NCBI GenBank assembly: GCA_965153455.1
Contig: OZ234493.1
Coordinates: forward strand, 21,504,213 to 21,568,212
Reading direction: 5' to 3'
From: Sphagnum compactum
Taxonomy: Eukaryota
DNA: 64,000 bases
A model generated the notes under the pieces. The model was not told the DNA's origin, ran no database searches, and saw nothing but the letters and a program-made list of their open reading frames with translations. Of this stretch, positions 35,426-48,818 are shown in pieces. Made by a program: the position numbers and the translations under genes. Numbering within the stretch: the stretch's first letter is position 1; every line of letters starts with the position of its first letter.

Positions 35426-37928
35426 CCGCTTAAAAGATGGCTTAATTATAGACTAAAAACTCACTAAATGCTTTGTTTAGTCTCCTAAAGAAACTCGATG
35501 CCCAATAGGCGGCCCAGAATCAATCCAGAGCGTTACAGCTGGTATTGCCACTTACTAATTAAGTAACTAAACACAAGCCAGTTGTAACTAATTCAACTGT
35601 CGAAACTCGGAACCTTCTGCTGCACCAAACAGCAAACTTCTAACCTCACTTTTACTAAATCTTGTTACTAAATTCAAGTCACCAGGGTAGTTACTTGTTA
35701 CGTAAATCCTCTCTCTCTTTTCTCACTTTCTTTTTCTTTTTCTTTTTTTCCCTGTTTAGCACTCCCATGCAAAGTCTTACAATCATTTTTCTTTTTTCTT
35801 TTCGGGACAAATTTTGTCGTTTTCCAACCAAAACAATTGGGATTTTTATTTTTTTTCCTTCTAGTGTAAATCACTAATTTTGCTAACTCTTTTGATGAAA
35901 TCCAATCAAAAAATTGAGGGAAAAAAACCCTCGAATTCCTAAAATTTCAATACATAATTTTCTCAAAAAATGAACTCATTTTTTCACAAATTAAATCTTT
36001 TTTTCTTAGGAAGTAAGGGGGGTGTTAAGATACCCTAGTGCCTTGGTAGATTCCACGCTAATTATATATATTTTAAAATGTAAAAATTTCCAAAAAAAAT
36101 TAAAAATCAAAACTTTGGGAAAGAAATTAAAGACTCTTTGAAAATATTTTGAGAATATTCCGTTTTGACTAATATTAATTAATTATTCAACAAACATGTG
36201 TTGAAGCTACCCTTTGTACTATGGTAATGGGGATGTGAGCCTTTTGAAATGTCCTTAAGGTGGGAACTTTTCTCGTCCCGAAGCATTTGGATCCCATAAT
36301 TTTTGGGGAAGCCCATAAATAAATTGGTCTTAGGTTAGCTAGATACGTCGACTCTCTTCCTACACCCGACAAACCAACGTTTCCAAGACGGAGGGTTTAT
36401 TTCTAGATTAGTCAAATAATTACATTATTCCTCCTCCAATTCGATGGCCTTCGACATTGTCCATACTTGTTTTGCTCGTCGACAAGAATGTAAAATTGCT
36501 CAGTTCCTTCATACGGACTTCTAAGAACTTCAAAACCAATTTATTCCAACAATTTGTTCTATTACCCAAAATCACATTATGAAGTTTGCCAATGACTTAG
36601 AACGCCACAATTGCATTTACAAATTTTTGACACGAAGGACGACCATTAGTCTAGAAGCCGCAAACTTCAGTTGCAAGCCGATATTTCCGTATCCAATTTT
36701 GACCTAGTTCATCATCGGGTAGGAAGTTGCAAGGGTAAGAGCTTGGAAATTCCTGTGAAAAGGTAGTGATACGATGGGTTTTATTATTTCGACAGCAAGT
36801 TACGATTCTCCCAACTTTGAAAGTTTCTTTAGAAGCATCCATTTCTCTTTAGGAAACGTGCTCCAAATTTGTGCCCAAAACACCCTTTGAAGTTTCAAGT
36901 GGTCCCCCAAATAATATATTTGCTCTTTGTGACCCGTGGAGCTTAGGCATTTGTGGGAAGGTTAAGTCATCACTATCGAAATTTGCTTGCTTTTGAACCC
37001 ATGCAACTATAGTATGCACAAAAGCCGGGAAAAAAAAAAAAAAAAAAACATTTATACCACTCCTCCTATCTCATCTTTCAATATTGTTTGATTTGATTAT
37101 ATGTTTTGGGTGTTGGTAGGGCTATGGAAGATGTGTTGTGGATATAATGTCTCGAAGGTGCTTGGGAACTATACCCAAGTTTTAGTCTTCACTTACCTAT
37201 GTAGTTTCTCCCTTTAACCCAAGCAAAAATGGTGCCCCAAATGATATGCCACAAAATAAGGATAAACTTTCCTCCGTCAATTATCCTTAAAAACATAATG
37301 ATTTGTGAGTGATTGCATGAACTACCACAATAATGAGCCAATAAGGAATTTGGCACAATCGTAATAACTTTGCTCAATAGAACTCATGGATGATAATTGG
37401 GGGTTTAGGGTTGAAAATTTCTTATGAGTGTGCAAGTTTATTTTCTTTATGGATTTCCAAGAGAAAAAAAGAGTTTGAAAAATACCCTACTCCAATATCC
37501 TTCTAATTCACAAACAGAGAAAAAAATCTTCACCCATGGACAACCTATATCACTAAACTAAATTGGAGGAGGAATAGTGATACAATAATGCAAAAAATTG
37601 ATTGTAGCATTGAACTTTGGAGCTAAATAGTGCGTTTCCTTTACAAGGCCACTATGGGTAGACGATTGTTTTCAATTGGTCGGTCATAATGATTGGCCCC
37701 AAGTGTCGATATTTAAATGGTATCACAATAAAATATCGTTCAAAATTCATGCTTACAGGTGGGAACACTTATTTTCATGTTGAAAAGTGATATCGACGCA
37801 AATGAGGAGCACCGTTCTACCTGCTTTTTTAGATATAGGAGAAACCGATTGTATGGTCCTGGGTTGAGGGCATTATTGGAATGGAGCCTAATCTCAAGTC
37901 CACCTTGGACGGACGGGCCATTATTTCA

Positions 37929-38267
37929 GTAGTGCCCACACCCTTAGGCTTTACCTTACACTTAAAACGTTTATCATTATTTATGTTAATATTTTATTTT
38001 ATTTAAATTAATATAAAATATCATGAACATGAAAATGCACATGTTGAAAAAAAAATTGTCATGTTGATGGGTAAGGAAAATGAATTAGGTAGTTGTTAGG
38101 AAAGGAGTGACGTAGGTAAAAGGATAAGAGATAGTTAGGTTTGGAAATCAGGTAGTTGTCTATAGAATCGTCTCTAATATTGTCTAGGGATGACCATACC
38201 AAGAATTATGCAAAATCAATTGTCCAAGGATGACCATATGAAAAATTATATAAAACTTCCCATATAT
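37929..38267 (-). mobile_element. Helitron-like repeat related to the 29629-30059 insertion
   Basis: Reverse complement shares tatatggg...tatggtcatccttggacaatt...aacaact.cct with 29657-29900. Confidence 0.5.
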
Positions 38268-38270
38268 CAA

Positions 38271-38470
38271 CTGGGACCCCACACTATTGTGCACTACTAA
38301 TGAATTTCAACTTCTTTTTTCCTTTTTCTTATGTTCCCATATGTTTTTCAGTAGTTTATCAATATTTTTGTTAATGCACATGTTAATTTGTTTTTTCATA
38401 TCCACATTGGAAGTTCCAAGGTTCTTTTCTTTTTTAAGTTTATCAACTTGGAAAATTATTATAATATAGA
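38271..38470 (-). mobile_element. 200-bp mini-Helitron
   Basis: On minus: A|TCTATATTATATAAT ... gtgcacaatagtgtggggtcCCAG|T. The 3' half aligns with the 3' end of the 29629-30059 insertion. Confidence 0.6.
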
Positions 38471-38679
38471 TTATTGATGTTTGTCTCTCTGAATCCCTTT
38501 GTACTTTGCTTGCATACCTTGCTTGTCCCCTGCAGACTTGCATATCCCCCTTACAAACCTGCGGAACTAGATTGCGTGCACTATACTCAAGCCTTCTTCC
38601 CCTTTCTTCTCCTTCCCTTCTTGAAGATGCAGCTGTTTTTCAGACTACCCTGACACTCATAATCAGTGTTTTGTTTTGT

Positions 38680-38945
38680 TTTTTTTTTTTTCCCAATTTT
38701 GTGATGTTCCAGTGGTGATAATCCATAAGAATATTTAACCAAATTTGATCATTATTCAAAATATGAAAGCTGAAAATCTTAAGCATCCTTTCCTATTGTT
38801 GGTCATTGTGACATTTTTGTTGAATTTTTGGAGTTTTTTTTCTTTTTTTGGTTGGTATTCTGGCAAATTGGTTATCAGAGAATTTATGACAGAATATTTC
38901 TTTTTGAATTTTTTTGGCACTATGGTGGAAATTAGCCCCCAAAAT
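38680..38945 (-). repeat. Dispersed repeat (SINE/LINE-tail-like family), copy 2, with A-tail
   Basis: Reverse complement ends ...ggattatcaccactggaacatcacaaaattgggAAAAAAAA. Confidence 0.55.
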
Positions 38946-39385
38946 CACTGTTCACAATCAACAGTTCCTCTTTTTTTTAAATTTAATTTTTTCAAGAAAA
39001 AAGACATTTTTCATATTTCAGAAGTTTTGAAATTCTAGAATAACTAAATAATGCACAATAATATCTTTTAGTAAACATGCTATTTTTATTTTAGTTCATG
39101 GGATAGTCAGTCATTCTTTTGTAAATAATTCAGAGCTACTATTAAAATAAAAAAATTATTTTTCTTAATTTTATTTTCCGGCTTTTGGGAAACATGATGT
39201 AGGCAACATGTTTTCAACCAACATGGCAGGTACCATATATTTTTGGGCGTAAAACAATAAATTAATGCAACATAAGTGCAGTTGTGGAACTCGAAAAGCC
39301 TGAAAGATAGCAGCCAGCTCTGAGCAACAACAGGAAAGCTGTGGTGGAACAAGTCCAGAAAAATCTTGGAAAGGCAGACAGACAC

Positions 39386-39389
<4 letters not shown>

Positions 39390-39431
<42 letters not shown>
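39390..39431. repeat. (GA)n microsatellite
   Basis: Visible GA run. Confidence 0.95.
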
Positions 39432-39432
<1 letters not shown>

Positions 39433-40637
39433 CCAGGCAGCAGAATGAATGCATGCATTCTGTGTACCTACTGACAGTTTTGTCACCTTTTTCAGGCTTT
39501 GAAAAGGAGACGTAGTAGAGATGTCTCCCCCACACTTCCACCTAATTTAGAGCCTTCCATTAGGTCTTTTAGCCAATGGACCATCTTGGGTCACTAGTGA
39601 CCACACCACCCACCTCCCCTTTCTTTCCTCTTTTTTCAGCCTGTTTTCTTTTCCCACCCCCACACAAAACAAAACAAAACAAAACAAAAAGAAAATAAAA
39701 AGAAAAGAAAAGAAGAAGGTTCTGGAAGGGATTTGGATTTGCTTTTCAGAAGACAGCCCCAAGAGGAGAGGAGAGTAGGTCTCCCCAGAGTAAGAATGAT
39801 GTGAAGAAGTAGTAACCATGACCATGAAAACAAAGGCTCAATTGGGTCGTCGTTCATTTCTCGCCCAGTGACTTGACTTACTCCTAAGTTTGTTGCATTT
39901 CTCACCCAATTGCACAAAAGTCTATTGAGCATTTACTACTTTGTGATCTTTTTTTGTGGAAAACTTGTCAACAATGTTTCTTCAGTGCAAAGTTATTTTT
40001 CCACACAAAAAAATTTGCTTTGAAAAAATATCCAAGAATTAGAGAAAAATAAAAGATTAACATTGGTTGGAATGCTCTCATCTTAGCACAATGATTTTGA
40101 GAAAAAGCTAACTAGGGTTAAGCTTGAAGTGCAACTTTCACACCCCAACAAAATCAGAGATTCTAAGGTGGGTAAAACGGTCAATTACAACAGACATCCA
40201 AATGGGCTAGATCATTGAAAACAGAGCACCACCAACCACGAGAAAAGAGGGGGGAAATGAAAGACAAAGGAGCGGGCTAGGGGGAGGGGGGGGCGCAAGC
40301 GGAGTCTAAGGGGGGTGCCAAGTAGTACATTAGTTTGTGATAAAACATGTATCAACAATGGCTTTGTTCAGTTACGAACTTTACCTATTCCCCCCAAAAA
40401 AATCATGATAAATGAGTGTGAAGGAAACATATATCATTGTTGGTTCATTCACCAAGGTTAGCTTTTAGCCCACATGGGACACCAATAGTAAATCATATTG
40501 TCTCACATGGTTATCATCCGTGCTAGACGGAAGGTGCTACCAATGGTAGACTTTTGTTGTAGTAGTAGGACCAGAGTTAACCAGCAGGCACCAGCACACA
40601 AGAGTATGTCCTTACTCTTAGCCACCAAAACAGAAGA

Positions 40638-40661
40638 GGGGGGGGGGGGGGGGGGGGGGGG
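40638..40661. repeat. G24 homopolymer
   Basis: 24 consecutive G. Confidence 0.95.
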
Positions 40662-40923
40662 CGTTCATCATGTGTTTGGCATTCTCTCTTTTCCTTTGCA
40701 CCCAAGTACAAGTTAGTGTTGAATGTGGGTATCATAGGCTCTTTTCCAAAGTTTGGTGGCCCTGTTCATTTTGGTTTGCTTCAAATGTGTCCTCCAAAAG
40801 TTGTCTGGTTGTTGTAATGTGGCTAGGGTGAACCAACAACACCTACACTACACTTCGTACCTTTACACTTCATATCTTCACCTTCTTACTTCATGTCTTC
40901 ACCTTCTTGAGTAAGTCCTCTTA

Positions 40924-41300
40924 GGCCCGCTTTACATTAGGAGTCAGCGTCGATGTTCAACCCAAATCAAGCTTTCCTATTGGTGTAAACGTTGAAATCA
41001 GCCCCAAGTGCTTTACACTAGGAGTTGAGGCTGAATTAGAAAAAATATTTTCAATCTGCCCCAAGTTACTAATAAATGCTGAACTTTATGGCCTTGTATT
41101 GACCCCAAGGCTGAAAAAAGGATACCATCAAATTTGGGAGGCCAATTTGCACCCCTAATGGCCAATGTTCCAGCATTTATTAATATCCCAACATCAATGT
41201 TCTAGCATTTCTTAGTAACTTGGGGCCAATTTGCAACCCAAAAATGCTCAAAGTTGGCCCCAAGATTTTTTTGGCCCTGACACCTAGTGTAAAGCGGGCC
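40924..41300. mobile_element. PIF/Harbinger (Tourist-like) MITE
   Basis: TIRs GGCCCGCTTTACATTAGG / CCTAGTGTAAAGCGGGCC; flanks TTA/CTA; same family as 21476-21849. Confidence 0.88.
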
Positions 41301-41410
41301 CTAGAGCTCATAATTTAAAAGTTAAATTTGAACTCGGAGACCCTGATGTAGTCTAGGGTTGGGACACCTATAGTGCTTGGAAGCAACCCCAAAAGAATTG
41401 TAGTTTTTAC

Positions 41411-44400
41411 CAATGTTGGTCTGGTATCAGGAAAATGCTGGGTATAAACCCGGGTATGCATTAGGGTATAGAGGAACCTACCAGTAGGTCATCAAGTTAC
41501 TAGTAACCTAGTTGTCGGTTCTTGGTGAAAGCGATGCATTAGGGTTAACTGAACATGTGGGTTTAGGGCTTTGCAAAACTTGTGTAATACCAATGCCCGA
41601 GCATTTGCGTGGAGCTCCTGTAAGAAGAAACTGGTATTAGCTAGGTTAGAGATACATGTTTATGACCGCCTCCTTTGGAGATGGCGGCATAGATTTAATG
41701 AATCTAGGAGCCATTCTTCATAAGCTTTCATTTGCCGTCACAAAAAGGAGCTATATATTAAGAGGGGAAATTTCTTAACTAACTTTGCATTTTCCTTTTG
41801 TTAATTTTTTTCACACTTACAATGTGTTTATTGCTCATCATGTTTCCCGATGTCTTTTGTGTTCTTCATGTTTATGGGTTGTTGAATCATCTCTAAAGAT
41901 GGATGCCTTTAAGTTGTTGGACTCTTATGCAAATGAGCTTGCCATTGTAAAGCTTGATAATTTGGTTGTGAATGAGCTTGAAAGGTCTATATTGTTAGAG
42001 GAAGTGCTGCAAGTTCAAAGTGTAATTGATGAAGAATGACAAGTTGAAAAATAAGCACTTTGGAAGCAGCAATTGACACAATTCACCACCAACCAAAATT
42101 TTTGGGTTTCATGGCATCGTGTAATAGAATGATGGGTTTCTTGTGTTGAATGATAGTGGTGCCAAGGTTGATGTACAAGGAATGCAATTGATGAAGTGTG
42201 TGTGTCACTCTTTTGAAAATTCAAATGCAAGTTCTCATACTTCAACCAAGTTTCAAAAAGGTTTCATAAATTAAAATCCTAAGCGTGGCATCACGACCAT
42301 GAAAAGCCATGTTACAAATGAACATGGCCAGATTTGGTGAAGTACACAGTGCACAAAATAGGTTTGGAATGCAAAGATAGTAATGAGAGACAAAAATGTA
42401 AGAGTAGGGCATTTATCACGCCTACATCCATCATTAATTTTTTTGGAGGTGTGAGGCCTTACAAAAAATCTAACCCAATTCAAATGGGGTTCATTGAACA
42501 TTTTGTTTTTATGATTGTTAAGGCCTACATGCCATTGTCTATTATGGAAAGCCCTTGGTTGAGGCAAATAGTGTTGTCTTTATGGTCAAGTCTAGTTTCC
42601 TTTTCACAAACAACTTGTTCATGAACACCTTCGTGCTTTGCTACATAAAACCATGGAAGTTTAAATGTTTCCCACCATTGGCCAATGTGCAATTGTGATA
42701 ACAACATTTGACCTATGGATGTCAAGGTTAGGGTATGACACATTTGCCTTGGTAATTAACTTCATTCACCAAAGTTTGGTTCCTTGTCACATAATTGTTG
42801 GACTATTTGAAACACCCGATACTTTTAATACAACTCTTGCAAAACAAATGAAGGTTTTATTGGCTGAGTTCAACTTGACAAGTAAGGTCATAATGTATGT
42901 CAAGGACAAAGGAGCCAATTTAAATTCCCTCATAATTGTACTCACTTCTGTTGTGTCATGTGAGCTTTTATAGTTGTTTTAGCCATTTGTTGGTTTTTGT
43001 TTTAGTCATGTTATGTCAGAGGCATGTCAGTATGCCACGAATGAAACTAAAGTGGGTGTGAACATGAAAGAAGTCAACTTGAAAGATGTGTAGGCTACTT
43101 TCCAAAAGACAATTACTTAGACTAAAAAGTTCGAAAAGAGCAGACATGAATGGGAAAAGGTTTGTCGTGAGGTTGGCTTGTGGCACAAAAAATTCAAGAC
43201 CCCTGTGATGACTCGTTTTGCTTCCAAGGTGATTTTATTCCCAAAGACCTTGGAATATGCGAATGTTATCAACATATGTTACATTTGGCAAAGTTCATCT
43301 TTGCAAGTTAGGGTTCTTAGTGGGCTCACATGGGCAATTGTTCGGGCAGTAATTGAAACCCTAAACCCAATTGTTCGTCAATGCTTGTTGAATCAAAGTA
43401 TAGGGTATTGGTTACTATGAGATGTGTTGTTTGCTACTTTGGCAATCATGGGGACAATGAGGATGGAATATGACCATCAAGCTGATGTTGTTCCTCCACT
43501 TTAATGTTGATCAAAAGATTGATATTTTGTATGCTAGAATGGTTGCAGAAGTCATTAATGTGTTGCGTCATTTTCTAAGTTTTGTAAAATCCTTTTCATG
43601 GGAAAGTGCCCACAACATGGTTGTTTTGATGTTGGATCCATGCTTCAAAGGCATGGATTGCATCATGGATTACATTGGCAAGGATCAAGCTACCATATTA
43701 TCGCAACAATATGATGAGTTAGTTGTGCCCTTGTTGAAAGTTGTGATGGGATTTTTGAATCCATATCAAGTTGCAGGTTTGGTTCTTCCAACACCCGAAC
43801 TACTTTCGATTTCAACTAGGTTGTTTGGGCCAACAATTTCAACACAAGAGGCAACTAAAGGCCTTCTCAAAGCTAAGCTATTTTTGTTTCGCATGTTCAA
43901 TGTGGAGAATGTTGATGGTCTTGATCCTTTGATCTAGTGGTTTATTAATAAAATTGGGTTCCCGAATGTTGGTTTTTTGGCACGACAAATTTTAGGCATC
44001 CTAGGTTCATAAATTGAGACTGAACGAGTCTTCTCTATTGTAGGTGTGTTCACTAGTTTGTGACAGTGTCATCTTGGGGTTGAGAATCTTGACAAACTTG
44101 TCATGATTTACAAAAATGGCTTGTTGATGTGTGGGTCGATTACAAGCTAGTTGTTGGAGATAGATTGGGAGAGTTTTTTGTGGCAAAGGAGACATCACTA
44201 GAAGAAAATGAAGAGCTACTTGAAAAGGTAGTCTATTTTGAGAAGACATAATCATGTGTTTGAAGATGTTACATGGGTTGTTATGCATTTTATCCTCATA
44301 TACATTGCTGATTACAGCTTTTTGAATATATTGTTGCACAAGTTTAACATGCGCATGATGTTGCTTGACTCTTGAATCATCGAATGCTCGTTTTCTTAGT

Positions 44401-44699
44401 TGTTTGTGATTCTTCCTGACATCCTAGCACCTTGTTTTTCTAGTTGGGAACATACACATTAACAATGAAAAATCCTAAATCTAACACCAATACCTTAGTT
44501 GTTATTTCGCCAAGTTCAACACTCGCATACCCAATGGATAATGATGTTACCAATTTTCAGCCAGCAAGCTCTTGATACCACACTGGTACCAAAAATTTGA
44601 TTTAAAAAAAAATTAAAACCCTACCCAAATTTTAAAACATAAAAAATTGATACCAAGAACCTTATGGTATCTGCAAAACCTGACACCAGAACAACACTG
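41411..44699 (+). mobile_element. hAT DNA transposon (defective)
   Basis: 21-bp TIRs CAATGTTGGTCTGGTATCAGG vs CAGTGTTGTTCTGGTGTCAGG (18/21). 8-bp TSD GTTTTTAC / ATTTTCAC (6/8). Internal transposase remnants. Confidence 0.92.
41899..44251 (+). pseudogene. hAT transposase pseudogene
   Basis: BED-like GITTMKSHVTNEH, TTFDLWMS, YVKDKGAN, CFSH (CxxH), TPVMTRFAS, MLDPCFK, and the dimerisation region FPNVGFLARQILGILGS*IETERVFS. Multiple stops and frameshifts. Confidence 0.88.
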
Positions 44700-45931
44700 A
44701 TTTTCACCATGGTAGCAGTGTAGTTGCTGGTTCACCCAAGGCATTGTTCATCCATGGGCAAAAATCTTCAAGAAGCGGTTCGTATGCGGGTAAAACACTT
44801 CAAGAAGCATTGTTCATAAGTGAAGTGGGGCAAAAGTCCTGAAAAACCTAGTGTTTATATGTGGGCAAAAATTTTCAAAGAACCTTCCAAAGAGAGGAGT
44901 AGGCTAGGTTGGTGTATTGCATGGTTGTCATGAGCATATATACATGCGTTTATTGCTCGCAATATGGTCCAAGCACATGGATGAGAGTGGATTATTTGTC
45001 TCTCTACTTTTGAGCTACTTGGGTCAACCAATCTTGGTGATGGGAATAAAAATCAAAACCAAAATTTATAAAACCCTACCTCACAAATGAAAATTTCAAA
45101 TGTGCCTATTGAGTCTCAGGATACATGTACTCACTCCATTGAGATGAGATTCCCATTGAAGGGCAATTGAGAGAAAACACTCCTAAGTGTGGGCGGGGCC
45201 GACAAATAAAAGTCCCCTTCATATGTTAAATAAATAGAGGGGCAATTCAGAAGAAGGTTCGTTGAGGCATGTGACTTCATTTACAATGTACATAGTTTTA
45301 CTTGAAGAGAGTGAGCTTTCCACATTCTATTACTACCAAATCCATATCCCCTCTCGAGAAGTGCTTTTTTCACTATTCCTTTTTTCTTGTGGTCGAGAAA
45401 GAGAGCATAGATTAGCATATGAAAGCCAAATTGTTGTCCATAGAATGGGACTAGAATGTTGCAATCTTATCTAATTGAATACTACCAAAACCTCACAAAT
45501 ATTGATAGAAAACAAAGATACACCAATTAACCCAAGTAGGAAGTAATAGAAGAAATGGAGAATCGAACTACATATGATTTGCAATATTAGCAAAATCTCT
45601 ACAACATTGCAAAGCAAAACAAAGGCCCCACCAATTTCCAAACTGCAATGGCCTATGGGAGAGAATCAAACAACATAGAATCAAACAATATATGGTTGAT
45701 TTACGAGCCAAAGGTCCAATAAGAAGGGCCAAATTGGACCACAAATCTATGCCTCCATTCCCAAACAAGGCCGACAACAATACCCTGCCCCCTTTAAAGA
45801 TCCCTTGGATCTCATCTTTTAGGAGACCGAGGTGGAAATGTGGGGTCTATTGTTCAAGATGGGTAACCTCCATCCATAAGCATCCCACCAAACTAAAGTA
45901 TACTGTACTAATGTACATTGACACAAATGTT

Positions 45932-46250
45932 TGTTGAGTTGTTTTACCTAACTATTCTACTAACTACAAATTATCAAACAATAACATAATAATAAGAGTA
46001 GCTCCAAACATTCCCCCTATTCAAGCCTTTGTAATATTTATCACATCCAACAAGGTGTGTAAAGTTTTCTCAATCCTCACCCCTAAACATGACAAATGAG
46101 ACATTATAAGTTGATGCATTATTTAAATGCAACCACTTAGGTCAATTATTATGACCAACCAATCGCGAACAATCATTTTGACATTCGATATATTAATAAG
46201 CACTTGATCTTGTGCACATTTATCAATGTTATTAGCTCTCTCCCAATTGT
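45932..46250 (-). mobile_element. Possible Ty1/copia 3'-end remnant (RNase H end, PPT, short LTR piece)
   Basis: On minus, AGGGGGAA|TGTTTGG (PPT/LTR junction at ~46010) is preceded by NITKA (cf. DIxTKAL) and a frameshifted RSKHIDIRYHxIRD-like stretch. Heavily decayed. Confidence 0.35.
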
Positions 46251-47452
46251 ACATCGGTCGAAAATATATTGTGCAAGCCCAAAAGAGAGTTGGCCTTTGA
46301 GTGAGTTTCGCAACCTCTAAATGTTTTGTAGGTTAAAGCACCTTTTTGCAAACTTTTTTTGCAGCAACTTTTGTTTCTTTCTAGGAAAAACAATGAGAGC
46401 ATTGGTTTGGGGTTGAAGGTAAAACTAGAACATACCCTTATACCTTCACCTTCTTGAGTGAGGCCTTTGCATGGCCATATTTAACCTAGAAAATGTTAAA
46501 TTTGGACTCCTAGATCTTAATTTTTCCTTAGGACACGATATTTACCATGGTTAGAAGCAATCTAAAAACATTCAGGGTTTTCACATGTGATGGAGCCTTG
46601 ATATATAAAAATACTAGTCTTGTTATCAAACAACGTATGTGCCTTGTAGGGACCTAAATAAAAAACTACCTCATACTTGTTAGGGATGAATATTTTTTTA
46701 TAAATATCAATACTTGCCTTTTCTTTCTTTTTCTTTTTTTAAACATTTGATACCAGCATCATAATGGGGCCACACAAGTCTCAAAATTGAATATATATTG
46801 TAATACCTGGATGGGTTCGACACACATGTGCTAAATAATTCATTTATTTTGAAATTAAAAAATTGTCATTTGAGTTTTTAATTTTGAACTTTTCAACATA
46901 TAACAAATTTGAATCTTAAATTTTAACTCAATTTCGGAGTTCTCTTATTAAAGTTGCGATTAGTGTGTTCACATCTAATGTGCTTATTTGTATTTGGCCA
47001 AAGTTTGATTCTAAATTTCTGCGATTGAAAATTTTGACAACAGGACTAAAGATTTTTCAAAACCTTCGAAAAAAATTGTACAATTTTATTGTACGTTTGT
47101 ACAAATAGAATTTGTCAAAAAAAATTCTAAGGCATAGGAACAAAGTACAGTAAATTTTTTGGAGAGTTTGTCTGTTCCCAATGCGTTCCCATCAAGTTCC
47201 TAAGGTTTTCATATCCTCAGATTCTCAATGTGATCCCAGATTGTTCCTTAAGACGTTCCCAATAGTATTTCAGTTTTTATTCCCTATTGTTTGGCCATGC
47301 TTTGACTTCCGATACTAAAAGGGGCAAGGGGCCAAAGGGAAGAAGAGTCACAAAGCATGCTTCTAGTTTGGGGAGGGAAGCATTTTTACGCTTTTATGTT
47401 AAGGAGTGCATCATCTTCCATTTGATTGGTGGTCGGCCAATCAAATGGCTCC

Positions 47453-47487
<35 letters not shown>

Positions 47488-47865
47488 GGGTGCAAATCCC
47501 CCCCCCACCCCCACTCACTAAAATATAGAAGCATGAAGAGCGGAAACAAGCAGACCTGCTTCCATGTGATGTGCAAATCAGCTCCCCCAAAAGCAAAATA
47601 TCTTGTTGCGGGAATCACAAGCAAACTACAAGAGTATCTCAAGTTGCAAACTATGCCAGGAATGGCTATGTACTTGGAGATACGGATAAAAGCCACTTGC
47701 AAATTTGAGCCAAATTCTTGTTGTTGGTGGTCTAGATTCTATTCCTATTCCAAACCAACACCTCTAAACATGAACATTATACACAACCATCCAAGAGAAC
47801 ATGCTGGAGAAGACGACATGTGCACAGAGAAAGGTCAAAAAATCTTGTCTTCGACCCAATCCATA

Positions 47866-48109
47866 TATTATTATTATTATTACTATTATTACAACCACCC
47901 ACCCAAACAATCCCCAAAATCATGTTTCCAAAAGCCTATTTCAAGACACAATTCTACACAACTCAAACTCTTCAGTTGATGATCATCATCATCATCATCA
48001 TCATCCGGGGCTGGGCTTGCTGACGTACATGCTCTATGTCATCCTCCGTGACATCACCATGAAGGGTTTGCTTTTAACAAATCATGTGGTGGTGGTGGTG
48101 GTGGTGGTG
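47866..48109. repeat. Cluster of trinucleotide microsatellites (TAT)n, (CAT)n, (GGT)n
   Basis: Visible at ~47866-47891, ~47982-48005 and ~48085-48109. Confidence 0.9.
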
Positions 48110-48618
48110 CCCATTCCCATATGTCGATCAATGTGTAAATTAAAAAACCTTACAAATTTGGTGGGATGGTTTACCAATAAAAGTGGGAGGCACCATTTCA
48201 AGGTCACCCGATTGGGTAACGGGTACTGTCTGAAAGCAAATCCCATTGGCTTGTGACAAATTTGTGGTCCCCGAAGAGTCTGAACCTGCTTCGGATTGGA
48301 TGCAACAAAATCCCACCCATGTTGATCATTTCCTCAGCCCCCAAGTGCAAACCGTTCTTCTTCTTTTTTTAGTATTGTACGAAACATTTTGTTCACTTAA
48401 TGCTTCGTTGTAACATGCACATTGTGGACTCACCTATCTTTTGGCCTCCTTCTAGAAGCTCTCTTTTTGGTGTTGTTATTACTATTTTTGCCTTTTGGAT
48501 TTTGTTGCTCTTGTCGGCAGTATCTATCTTCATTGAGGCTCTTTGAACATTCTGTTCTGTTGTCACTTTTGTGGGTCTATACAATACCTGGGTGAAGGGA
48601 GTCCCTAGTATGTACTAA

Positions 48619-48818
48619 AGGGTGCATTCACACTTGGTGTTAGGGACTCTAGTGTTGAGTCCATTATGACCATACTTACAGACTTAAACTTTACTTATCG
48701 TGAAGATTTTTTGTTAAACTAAAGATTCACTTAACACTAGGTTATCGGCTATTTAACATCGGGTGCCACCTAGGATGCCACCTAGATTTACATTTAACAT
48801 CAAGTGTGAATGCAACAC
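48619..48818. mobile_element. ~200-bp Harbinger-type MITE
   Basis: GGTGCATTCACACTTGGTGTTA vs reverse complement of right end GTTGCATTCACACTTGATGTTA. Preceded by TAA; right TSD degenerate. Confidence 0.7.

Larger units (their letters stand above)
40824..44739. mobile_element. Short TIR element (~250 bp of own sequence) split by two nested insertions
   Basis: TAGGGTGAACCAACAAC(acc)TACACT at 40824 vs reverse complement of 44717-44739 TTGGGTGAACCAGCAACTACACT. Internal sequence resembles 46435-46590. No clear TSD. Confidence 0.6.

Noticed and set aside
39425-39445. miR160-like sequence (tgcctgg on minus)
   Set aside because: Only a 7-nt match and no precursor hairpin with a star strand.
40638-40661. 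Functional G-quadruplex at G24
   Set aside because: Could form a G4, but nothing supports function and homopolymer length is error-prone.
47287-48256. 230-aa and 151-aa ORFs
   Set aside because: Non-ATG starts; they run through a dispersed repeat and microsatellites (poly-Y, poly-H, poly-V) and have no domain signal.
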